Source: a virus | Reading direction: 5' to 3' (one strand) | IMG/VR virus record: IMGVR_UViG_3300027839_000006 | Coordinates: 1 to 64,000 of that record | DNA length: 64,000 nucleotides | Shown: positions 28,224 through 37,500 of the stretch, one piece after another | Layout of the letters: the number at the start of each line of letters is the position of its first letter | Position numbering within the stretch: position 1 is the first letter of the stretch | Notes under the pieces: model-generated | Databases searched by the model: none | What the model saw: only the letters and a program-made list of their open reading frames with translations | Told to the model about the DNA's origin: nothing | Translations under genes and position numbers: made by a program

Positions 28224-28240
28224 GAGCTTTGGACCACCAT
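28217..28240 (+). promoter_or_regulatory. Inverted repeat overlapping the RBS and start codon of the gp25-like gene
   Basis: ATGGTGG (28217-28223) is the exact reverse complement of CCACCAT (28234-28240); 10-nt loop GAGCTTTGGA. Confidence 0.5.
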
Positions 28241-29378
28241 GAGTATCGATGTCAGACTTACATATTCTTGCCCCCACATCACCGTGGAAGAGGTGGTAGA
28301 GGTGTTAGACAGACAGGTGTTGAAGACGAGACAACCTGTTGCTTCTACCAAGCTGGTTAGGGTGTTGGTCAATGATGTGTTTGAGATCCCCTCCGAGGGG
28401 TCATATTCCCAGGCTCAGTTGATCAGTAGAGTTGGCCCTTACTTCATCGTAAAGAACGAGCAGGAGTTTGTAGTCACCGGGTCATCCGAGACCGTGACTT
28501 TGGCTCTTACCTCTACCGAGGACACCGGCAGGTCACTAACGACTAATGAGTTGGTTGCTCTTCTTCGGCCACTTACGACGACCCTGCACTTTGAGAATAA
28601 AGGCGGGGCACTCTTGATTCGGGATACCTCGAACATTGGGCCAAGGTCTTCCTTGCGTCTTTCTGGGTCCGCAGCCGAGAACCTCTTTCCTCATCAGACA
28701 GGAGACCGGGGAAAACAACTCTGGCCTGGGTGGGACATTTGGACGCCCCCTGGAATGATTACCTCCAAGTACGTTCGGTTCCGTTCCCCCATTCGGTCTA
28801 ATCCAAGGATTACTGTGACCTACCCCGTCCGTCGCACCCGTTGTCTTCGATGTCGGGGTGGAGAGGTCGAGAACGATCCTCGCTTCACGGAAGCAGGCCA
28901 GATGATCTTGGTTGAGAATGAGAACCTATTGAATCAGTTGGTGTTGAAATCCTTGCTGACAGATAAGGGTTCTAACCCCTATTTCAAGGGGTATGGGACG
29001 CTCCTTCGGAGTAGAATCGGCAAGAAGGCCACAACAGGGATCGCCGCTTCGATATCTCAAGATGTGACGAGATGCCTTGAGAAAGTGAAACAGTGGCAGG
29101 GAACCCAGTCAGGGTATCAGTACGTTAGCCGTAAAGAGCGGCTTTCAGAGATCGTGTCCGTAGACACGTCCCCACACAAAGACGACCCCTCGACTTTCAT
29201 GGTGGACGTTGTTGTCCGTAATGCTTCTCGGTCACCAATCCGCATTTCAGTGATTTACACGGTTCCTGGGGTGGTGGCACGGTTGATTAGGGACGGTATT
29301 CCGTTGGCACAAGTAGGAGATACCGGGGGCACGTTGGTAGCTCTCGCAGACCTCAACCCAAGACGGGGAGCCTTCTAA
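28239..29378 (+). CDS. Baseplate wedge / sheath initiator protein (T4 gp25 / P2 gpW-like C-terminal domain) with N-terminal extension, 379 aa
   Basis: C-terminal ENENLLNQLVLKSLLTDKGSNPYFKGYGTLLRSRIG...ERLSEIVSVD fits the GPW/gp25 pattern. Immediately upstream of the gpJ-like gene. CPH and CLRC motifs in the extension. Confidence 0.8.
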   Translation: MSIDVRLTYSCPHITVEEVVEVLDRQVLKTRQPVASTKLVRVLVNDVFEIPSEGSYSQAQLISRVGPYFIVKNEQEFVVTGSSETVTLALTSTEDTGRSLTTNELVALLRPLTTTLHFENKGGALLIRDTSNIGPRSSLRLSGSAAENLFPHQTGDRGKQLWPGWDIWTPPGMITSKYVRFRSPIRSNPRITVTYPVRRTRCLRCRGGEVENDPRFTEAGQMILVENENLLNQLVLKSLLTDKGSNPYFKGYGTLLRSRIGKKATTGIAASISQDVTRCLEKVKQWQGTQSGYQYVSRKERLSEIVSVDTSPHKDDPSTFMVDVVVRNASRSPIRISVIYTVPGVVARLIRDGIPLAQVGDTGGTLVALADLNPRRGAF

Positions 29379-32300
29379 TGTCTGAAGTAACCTTTCTTTG
29401 CCCCGATGGGGCCTCTCGATCTGACTTCGTGTTCACGACAGACGTGGAGTACCGCTTCTTCATTGGGACATGCCCCGCAGACACCGCCTATATGCAGATT
29501 TCTGTGTTTGGTGGTCCGATGTTGGATGATCCAGACCTTATCACTTTCGAGGGGGATAGCTTCATTATCCCCAACCCCACCAAGTATCCAAATGGGATGC
29601 GGTTGCTGCCTGGGCAAAACCTAATCGAAGTACGGGCAATAAGAACTTCGGGGGGCATCACACCCACATCCTCTATCCAAGCCACGTTATCTCAAGACGA
29701 TGCTCTTCTTCTTTATGCTGCCCCAACTGGGTTGAGGATGGATCGAGAAAATGGGTTTGTCCGCTTCGTCATAGAGTACACGCAGGGTGATTCTTTTCAA
29801 GGGTTCAACGTCTACGCAAGCCCCGACCCTGGTGGGACAACGGGCTACATCAAGTTGAACCCGACCTTGATCACGGACCTGTATACGACAGAGGAAGTCG
29901 TTACTCCTTTGGGTGAGTTGCAGGCAGATACGGCGATTGTCCTCGATGAAAACGGGAAGCCGCTGGCAGATCCCCTATATTTCCGAGTGACTGGAGAGCA
30001 AGAGGGTCGGTCAGGGAACGCCCTTCAGATGGACATCAATGAACGTATAGCTGTTTCAGAGACATCCCGGCATCTTCGTACAACTCTCTTGTTAGAGTCA
30101 GTAGCGAAGAAAACCTACTATGCCTTTGAGCATCAAAGGGATGCCGTTTACACAACCCCAGGTCGCTCCACGATTCCAAACTCGATTCTGGCGGGAACCC
30201 CAGTAACAGACGATCTCTATTACGTTGCTGCGGCGGTGTACTACGACTCAACCACTTTGAGGGAGTATTCGTCTCCTTTTTCTGTTGAGGTGACGGGCAA
30301 GCCTCTTGTAGTGACCCCGCAGATAGGTACATTCCCCGCTACGTCTCGGCGTCGGATTCTCAATGAACTGACCCAATCGATTCATCGCAGTAATCCTCAT
30401 GTAGCGGTTCAACCGGGGTCCGTGCTGCGAGACGTGTTCATTGATCCAATGTCGTCAGAATCACAGAGACTCCGGTTCATCCTGGAGTTTCTACACGCAG
30501 CACAATCTTTTTCAACACTGCTTGTCATTGATGATCCGACAGGGAGTGGGGTGTCTGTTGACACGAAACTCTCCCCTTACAAGCAGGCAATCGGGCAAGC
30601 CTTCTATTTGAGCAACACCCTTGATGTGCAAGCTCTCATTGATATGTGTTTCAGCAAGCTCGCCCACAACCTTGGGATTTCACGGAGGTTGGGGACCAGG
30701 GCACGGGGAGAGGTAACTTTCTATACCCCTACTCGACCGACACAGACCATCACAATACCGCTTGGGACAGTTGTTACAGGTGGGGGTAGGGAGTTCAAGA
30801 CAACCTCTGCGGCACGGATTCCAGCCACCTTGTCAGCGCAATACTATGATTCTGGGACAGGCACGTACCGAGTTCGAGCTTACGTTCGAGACGCTGGGGT
30901 CGGAGCCTCTGGAAATCTGTCAGCAGGACAGATGTCTTCTTTCAGTTCTTCTGGGCTATCAAGTGTTTCAGTAATGAACGAGTCCGCTACCTTTGGGGGC
31001 CTTGATAGAGAAGGCAACACGGCTTTAGCCATTAGAGCTATGGGGGCGATTGCCAGTGTCGATAGCGGTACGCTTCGGGGGTACGAACAAACTGTGGCTT
31101 CGATGGCAGGGGTGATTGAGTCGAAAGTTGTGGTGGCAGGCGATTCTTTGATGAAGCGTGACTACGACTACACCTTGGGACAGAACCGGGGTGGGAAGGT
31201 TGATATCTATGTTCGAGGTTTACAACTTTCCACAGTCACGGACACTTTCGCCTTTTCGTTCGAGACAGCCTATGACGTAGTGTTTGAGCCTGTGGGAGAC
31301 CCTCAAGATCTTATCTTTCAGTCCCAAGATGAAACACTTTCCGAGGACAACCCCATCATTGAGATGTTGAACTTCCCAGATAGGACACCCCCGCTGGGTA
31401 TTCTGAACGCCTCGACCGGAGGCCGATTCGTGCTTGATGGTCTGGAGATTCTTTCTTACGACACGATTCAGATTTCCAGCGAGTTCAATGACCCCGCAGA
31501 CATTGATGTGACTGATGTCATCACGGGAGATTACCGCTATCGGACCAGTCTTCAGTTTACCCCCACCCGACAGCCCGTTAGCTCGGTTGTTTTGATGGAA
31601 GGTTCTGATGGAACGATTTTATCGTCCCAGGACTATGTTCTCTATCGACTTGATGATCCCCTGGTCATGGGAAGATCCTCTACGGCAGCAAACTATGTTC
31701 AAGTGGATAGTGCCACCAGCATTGGAACGGTTCTTCAAGTTGACGGTGAAGAGCACCTTATCCTTGGGGCCAACATTGAGTATCTCTTCATGCTCGGGGC
31801 CAACAAGCTGACCATTGTGATCAAGGATAGCGAAGGCACAGTCTTCAATGGACCCGAGGAAAATAACCCCGATTACCGGATCATTTCTCCCGAAGATTCC
31901 CAGACAACTTTTGGTATTCAGAGGACTGAAGACACCGAGATCATTTCTGGGCAGGAGGTCTTCATTGATTACTCCCATGATGAGAACTTTACGATCCAAT
32001 ACATGACGAACTCCTTGATTGGGACGACCCAAAACTCCCTGGAAGCAGACCGCCACTTGACCGCAGATATTGTAGTCAAGGAGGCCACGAAGACGGCTGT
32101 TGATATTTCTGCCACGATTGTGCTGGCCTCGGGAGCAAATGTTGAGACAGTTGAGAATGAGATCCGCAACAAGCTGGTCAATCTTTTCAACAGCCTTCAA
32201 CTCGGGGTTGCCCTACGTCATTCAGATGTATTGGAGCAGCTTGATTCGACCTCTGGCGTTTCTTATGTCGTGGTGCCGTTGACCCGACTGGCCCGACAAG

Positions 32301-32887
32301 AGGGTTCATTGGTGATTCGGGAGAGGTTAGACACCTCTGAATCGGAAGATACTTTGTTCATCAAGAGTTGGTCTTCTGATTTGGTCCACACGTACTTGGT
32401 TACAGGGCCTCTTTCTTCGGCCACTCTGAATGGGGGCGGTGAGGGAAATGAATATCGAGCCATTCAACAGGATGGCTTGGATTTGGTGTTGGAAACCATC
32501 ATCCCGAATGAAGCAGGACAGCCTCTTCAGAAGAAGGTTGGCAAGTGCTTCATCATCGGGAACGGTGGCGTTATGATTCCTGGCTACAACGATGATGACA
32601 CTGTGGCAGCAACCTATCCAAAGATGGATCAAAACGAGCGTTACGAACAGTCAATGTCCATGACCCAAAATCGGGTTTTGGTCACGGTAGCTGCTTCAGA
32701 TTCCCCTACGAACCACAACTATGAGGTGACTTACTATGTGGGTGAAGATCTGGGTGTCGGGAACATTGAGCCAGAAGCGATTGAGTATCTGACAGCCGGG
32801 AACTTCGACTTCATCTTCGATGAGGACACTCCGAGAGTTACTTCTCGGAGTACATATAGTCGCACCACGTCCACGGGAACCTACTGA
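29378..32887 (+). CDS. Baseplate J-like wedge protein (P2 gpJ / Mu gp47 / T4 gp6 family), extended, 1169 aa
   Basis: PGSVLRDVFIDP, LAHNLGISRRLGTRARGEVTF, TIPLGTVV, GASGN, NESATFGGLDRE, GTLRGY, GGKVDIYV, and C-terminal LGVALRHSDVLEQL...GVSYV. N-terminal Ig/FN3-like extension. Confidence 0.9.
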   Translation: MSEVTFLCPDGASRSDFVFTTDVEYRFFIGTCPADTAYMQISVFGGPMLDDPDLITFEGDSFIIPNPTKYPNGMRLLPGQNLIEVRAIRTSGGITPTSSIQATLSQDDALLLYAAPTGLRMDRENGFVRFVIEYTQGDSFQGFNVYASPDPGGTTGYIKLNPTLITDLYTTEEVVTPLGELQADTAIVLDENGKPLADPLYFRVTGEQEGRSGNALQMDINERIAVSETSRHLRTTLLLESVAKKTYYAFEHQRDAVYTTPGRSTIPNSILAGTPVTDDLYYVAAAVYYDSTTLREYSSPFSVEVTGKPLVVTPQIGTFPATSRRRILNELTQSIHRSNPHVAVQPGSVLRDVFIDPMSSESQRLRFILEFLHAAQSFSTLLVIDDPTGSGVSVDTKLSPYKQAIGQAFYLSNTLDVQALIDMCFSKLAHNLGISRRLGTRARGEVTFYTPTRPTQTITIPLGTVVTGGGREFKTTSAARIPATLSAQYYDSGTGTYRVRAYVRDAGVGASGNLSAGQMSSFSSSGLSSVSVMNESATFGGLDREGNTALAIRAMGAIASVDSGTLRGYEQTVASMAGVIESKVVVAGDSLMKRDYDYTLGQNRGGKVDIYVRGLQLSTVTDTFAFSFETAYDVVFEPVGDPQDLIFQSQDETLSEDNPIIEMLNFPDRTPPLGILNASTGGRFVLDGLEILSYDTIQISSEFNDPADIDVTDVITGDYRYRTSLQFTPTRQPVSSVVLMEGSDGTILSSQDYVLYRLDDPLVMGRSSTAANYVQVDSATSIGTVLQVDGEEHLILGANIEYLFMLGANKLTIVIKDSEGTVFNGPEENNPDYRIISPEDSQTTFGIQRTEDTEIISGQEVFIDYSHDENFTIQYMTNSLIGTTQNSLEADRHLTADIVVKEATKTAVDISATIVLASGANVETVENEIRNKLVNLFNSLQLGVALRHSDVLEQLDSTSGVSYVVVPLTRLARQEGSLVIRERLDTSESEDTLFIKSWSSDLVHTYLVTGPLSSATLNGGGEGNEYRAIQQDGLDLVLETIIPNEAGQPLQKKVGKCFIIGNGGVMIPGYNDDDTVAATYPKMDQNERYEQSMSMTQNRVLVTVAASDSPTNHNYEVTYYVGEDLGVGNIEPEAIEYLTAGNFDFIFDEDTPRVTSRSTYSRTTSTGTY

Positions 32888-34440
32888 TGGCTTACGGGGA
32901 CGGTGGAGATGGTGGAGACTCCACCAAGAAGACTTCTGGCCTTCCCAGGAGAGGCAGTCAGCTAAAGGGGGGTCCAGATCTTCCCAAAAACTCTTATGTT
33001 GAAGGGTCCAAGAAGATTGTCCCGGGTTCAGTCCCCCTCAACCCAAGCTCTATCCGACCTGTTGGACAGCAGTACCATGATGTTATCAAGAAGCAGACCG
33101 AAAACATCATGGGATTCTTCACCGCTGTTCTTCCCAGCAACTATGTAAGTCAGGTTCGTGGGCCGTTTTACACACTTCAGTTTCAGTCCGCAGCCGAACA
33201 GATTGCGAAGATCCAGATTGAAGCCCAGGAAGCCTTTGCTGATTCGGACTATGACTTCACCCGACCCGAGTTCCTTTGGCAGATCCTTGGGACTCTGGTT
33301 TTCCCTGCTCACGGTCTTGAGGGTACACCAGACATTCCCATCGACCATGAATACCGCCATTTCTTGCGGAGCATGGTGGTGCTTTTCCTCAAGGGGGCAC
33401 GTCCAGCAACTATTGAAGCTGGTATTACATTACTGACAGACGCTAACCTGACCCTAATCGAGAAGTCCCTGGAAACAAAGAGGACGACGGGTGCTGCTTA
33501 CGGGTTGGATGAGCAGTTCGAGTTTGAGGTTAGCTTGGACAAGATCCAGTACACCACGGAAGAAGACGGCCATTCTCACACCATGCTGTTGGACAGCCGG
33601 GGCACTGGAAAGACCACGGAAACCATCGGGCAAGATGGGAACCACACCCATGAGATCCTTCGGTTCGTAGTACAAGCCTCCCTTGATGACGGCCACTCAC
33701 ACGATCTGGTGTCCGAGTTCCCCGAAGACCCCACACGTCTTCAGTACAACGCAGAGATGGTCCTTCGGGCACTCAAGCCCGCCCATACAGCCTACCAGTA
33801 CCGCTACCTGTTTCGAGAAGCCTTTGGGACGCTGTTCGATGACAGCATGAGCTTCACCCAGGAACAGTTCCATTATGAGGATTTACGCAAGTTCTGTGCA
33901 GGGGCAACCCGAGTCGCAGGGATTGGGGAGACCTTGGTGGACAGGCGGTTGTTCAGAGACCCAACCAAGAGCTTTCGGTGGATCAAGCCCGGTGCCGAGT
34001 TGAACATCACGGCAGGACCGAATCTGGGGCCTTACCGGGTACAGGATGTCTTGGTCTTCACCGTGGGCCAAGACAGCACCCTACGCCCTTACACCACGTC
34101 CAGCGGGTTGGGGGGATCTCTCACGGTCGATGGGGATCGGATTACGGACCCAGACCAAAACTTCACTCTCGCCCAAGAGGGGGAGATCCTGACCATTTTA
34201 GAAGGCCCCAACACGGGCAGCTATCGCCTTGCTTACTTGCTTGGATCGGGCGGCGGCCCCGTAGGGTTTGCAGTCGGCCCCGCTACTTCAGTCCGAGTAG
34301 AGCCGACCACCCTTCGCCTGGATACACGGATGCCGGTCTCTCTTGAAGAACAAGCCTATACAGTGTCCGTAGATAGACTGGGAACGAGAGTTCCCCAAGT
34401 TGTGGAGGGAGAGGATGCCACAGAGCTTTTTTACCTCTGA
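32887..34440 (+). CDS. Baseplate protein I-like (P2 gpI / Mu gp48 family) with His-rich insert and C-terminal repeats, 517 aa
   Basis: TGATG-coupled to gpJ. YRHFLRSMVVLFLKGA...IE and LRALKPAHT motifs are typical of gpI-like proteins. Confidence 0.75.
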   Translation: MAYGDGGDGGDSTKKTSGLPRRGSQLKGGPDLPKNSYVEGSKKIVPGSVPLNPSSIRPVGQQYHDVIKKQTENIMGFFTAVLPSNYVSQVRGPFYTLQFQSAAEQIAKIQIEAQEAFADSDYDFTRPEFLWQILGTLVFPAHGLEGTPDIPIDHEYRHFLRSMVVLFLKGARPATIEAGITLLTDANLTLIEKSLETKRTTGAAYGLDEQFEFEVSLDKIQYTTEEDGHSHTMLLDSRGTGKTTETIGQDGNHTHEILRFVVQASLDDGHSHDLVSEFPEDPTRLQYNAEMVLRALKPAHTAYQYRYLFREAFGTLFDDSMSFTQEQFHYEDLRKFCAGATRVAGIGETLVDRRLFRDPTKSFRWIKPGAELNITAGPNLGPYRVQDVLVFTVGQDSTLRPYTTSSGLGGSLTVDGDRITDPDQNFTLAQEGEILTILEGPNTGSYRLAYLLGSGGGPVGFAVGPATSVRVEPTTLRLDTRMPVSLEEQAYTVSVDRLGTRVPQVVEGEDATELFYL

Positions 34441-34455
34441 TTTCAGGGCGGGCTT

Positions 34456-34487
34456 CCATATCCCTTCAATAGCTCCCCTTGATTGAG
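34456..34487 (+). promoter_or_regulatory. Intergenic motif copy 2 (putative late promoter)
   Basis: CCAT-ATCC-CTT-CAATA-N11-TTGAG; the most divergent copy. Confidence 0.4.
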
Positions 34488-34514
34488 GATCGCACTTGAT
34501 GGAGAGGTTCACCC

Positions 34515-37500
34515 ATGTCGGCCAGTATTCTAACAACGATTGAACGTGACGGGCTGATGCTCGTCGCAACATACACGGACGTAAGTGCCGAAGTTGCCCG
34601 AAAGGGCGACGTAATCCACTGCGAGGCGAAAGACCCTGGTCCGCACACCACGTTTTCGTGGAGCCTTGTATTCACGCCAGATTCCCCCAACGGGTCGGAA
34701 TCAGCAGCGGGGCTGGAGACACCCCCTGGCGTAAGCGGGACTGTCTGTCAGTTCACGGTTGACCATGAAGGGGCCTATTTGGTCCGGTTGGTGGTTGATG
34801 CGGGACTTCCTTCCGAGCAGACACGCTTTGTTCGGATTCGTTACCAGACCCTCTTCGGGGATGTACGTCTTGTTGCTGCGGGCGAGCGACGGGATGCCGT
34901 AGGGGTCATTCCCTATGATCTGACGACTGAGGGGTGGGCAAACCAGCAGAACCAGAACCTCCAGAAACTCCTTGCTTACGTTCGACGTGTCAGCACTTCT
35001 GGCCGAGTGCTGTACGTCGATGCGAACCGAGGACGCCATACGTGGGAAGCTGGGCAAGGGATCAACGACGAACAAAACACGGTCCATCTGCCCGGTTCAG
35101 ACCCAGCCGCTCTGGAGGTTTCGGGCATCACGACTGGTGCCGAGGGGTTCGCTGACTTCTCGTCAATCAATGCAGCTATCGCTTATGCCCATTGTTGTGC
35201 AGAGCGTGATGAAGCGGCCCTAACACCCGAGCATCCTTACTACGTCTTGATCTACCCCGGCCTCTACATCGAGGACGTGGTGTTCGAGGAAAACGTCCAT
35301 CTCATCGGTCTTCATGCTCCAGAGAAGTATGTCCGTGGGGTGGTGGTCCAGACCGCTGCAACAAGCACCAGCCACATCTATTCGGGGGATAGCGATACAG
35401 ATCTGGTCATCTGTAAGAACATCGTCTTCGAGAACCTGCGCCCTGAATCTACCAAACCTGTGGTGGATGTTCGTCGTGGGATGATGCAGATGGAGGGCTG
35501 TTCGATCCGACAAACGGTTGGTACGGGTCCAAGTGCCTTACGGGTAGTGACCACTGATATCGCCCACATGGCATCAGCGGATTTAGACAACTGTTCTGTT
35601 ACCAACGGGATCTCCAACGAGGCGATGTGCGCCATCATGGCGGGCAGCGATAATGGCAGCCTGTCTTTGAAGGATTGTTACGTTCAAGGGCCTTCTGGAA
35701 TCCGGTTGAACGGGGACTTTGGCAACGGGATCTACGAAGATTACACGGCCAATCTCGTTCGGAGTAAGATTCTGTCCTCACACGCTGACGGGACTACAAT
35801 CAGTTCTTCAGCAGATGCCCTGCACATCGTCCACTCGAAAGTTCAGGGCAACGACCCCGACAAGAGACTTGTCGTGGGAGGGGGCGGTAAAGCAGGCGAT
35901 CTCCGTCTGTATCTGAACCACAGTGATCTTGGTGCCGCCGACATTCAGTTCAACACGACCAATGTCACCGGAACCTCAAAGATCTACCTCGAATCGTCCA
36001 CCTATGGGGGATTCACGTTCCCCGCAGCCGCTCCCGAGGTGGTATCCGAGACCCAAGGCAAGTCCGTCAAGCACCTTTCGGTCTATGCGGACCCCTTCAA
36101 TAATGGGACGGTAGCTGTACCTGCTCCCCACCAGTTGGGTGCCGAGAGCGTACAGGATGCCGTAGACGACCTCACGGTCCTGGCGACTCCCCTGTCCTCT
36201 TCAACGGACGGGTCCAATGTATTCATGGGCCTCGACGGGGCGTATGACGCTTTCACCAGTGTCGATCCGCCTCTCAAGGGTTCAGGCCACGGTCGGCGTA
36301 TCGTCGCTGATGCAGGCCCCGTTCAGATCATCCAAGCGGCTGCCCCGGATCTTCCGGGGGTTACGGTCGGTGCGGGTGCAGGCAACAAGAACGGCCACTT
36401 GCAGGTCGAAGGCAGTGTTGAGGTCGGGGGTATCGATACCCCCGAGATCATCCTTGAGCCAAACCCCTTCCTGGCTGGCCCGCACATCTTGATGGGCGAC
36501 ACTATCTGGCCGTCCGACATCGTTGCGTGTGGGGAAACGATCACCAACCATCGGTCTTTGCCAGCAGCGATTGTTCAAGCTCGTTCAACGTCTGTTGCCC
36601 ATAACTACAACATGCGCCTTCAGACGCAGAGCACCAGCAACGCATCCAATGGATCAATCGGCTGGCTCATCCTTCGGGCAGGTGACTCACTCGACAAGGC
36701 GACGATTGGCCCCCATGCGGGCGGTGTCTACCTCCAAGCAGGTAGCTATCTGAACGATCTGGCTTCTGTCGGGAACGACTGCTCCCCGGGAACGATCTTC
36801 TTGGCCCCTGGCTATGCCACGGCTGATGCGGTCCTCACGGGTGAAGAACAATACGGTTGGGTCCGACTCGTTGATTTGAGTGGAGCCAGCTTCGCCACGT
36901 TGACTGCCCAAGGGGCACCCGGCGCTTTCGGGGCCGGGGGTAGCATAACAGATGCGGCGGGCAAGATCGTCATCGCCACTGCGATGGGCCATGTAAAGGC
37001 CAGCATCACGGTAGGCATGGACATCGCGGCAGTTATCGCTGCGTTCAATGATCCAGATGAAGGCGGAGGGCTCCTGGTCGCCAGCGATGACGGCGCAGGA
37101 AAGCTCGTTCTGACTTCCACGGATCGAGGGCCACTTGCAGAGATCCTGTATGTCTTCGATGAGCCCACGGACGGCGGGGCTGCCAATGCGGTCTGCCAGA
37201 CCGTGGGTAACCTCCGAGTCTCTTCGGGTAGCGGGGCTGCTCCCCATGCGGTGTATTCGGCGGGTTCTTACGACTCGTTCGTCAACATTCATGCTCCCGA
37301 GCACAACAAGATCGAGATCGGGGCAGGTGGTCTCGTAGGTTCAATGACCTACGACGCAGACACCGGGAAGCTCACGGTCCCCGGTGCTATTGATCCTACC
37401 TGTGTGATCTTCGCTGAAGCCGATCATACGGCTGCTGACGGAGACGGCACGGTAGGCGGTGTAACTACGATTGCAGGCCAAGGGGCCATCTTCGTCAGTA

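Noticed and set aside
1-34440. Type VI secretion system interpretation
   Set aside because: No TssJLM membrane complex, ClpV, TssK or Hcp gene is present. Hub and spike are separate genes and long fibres follow, which fits a phage tail or eCIS better.
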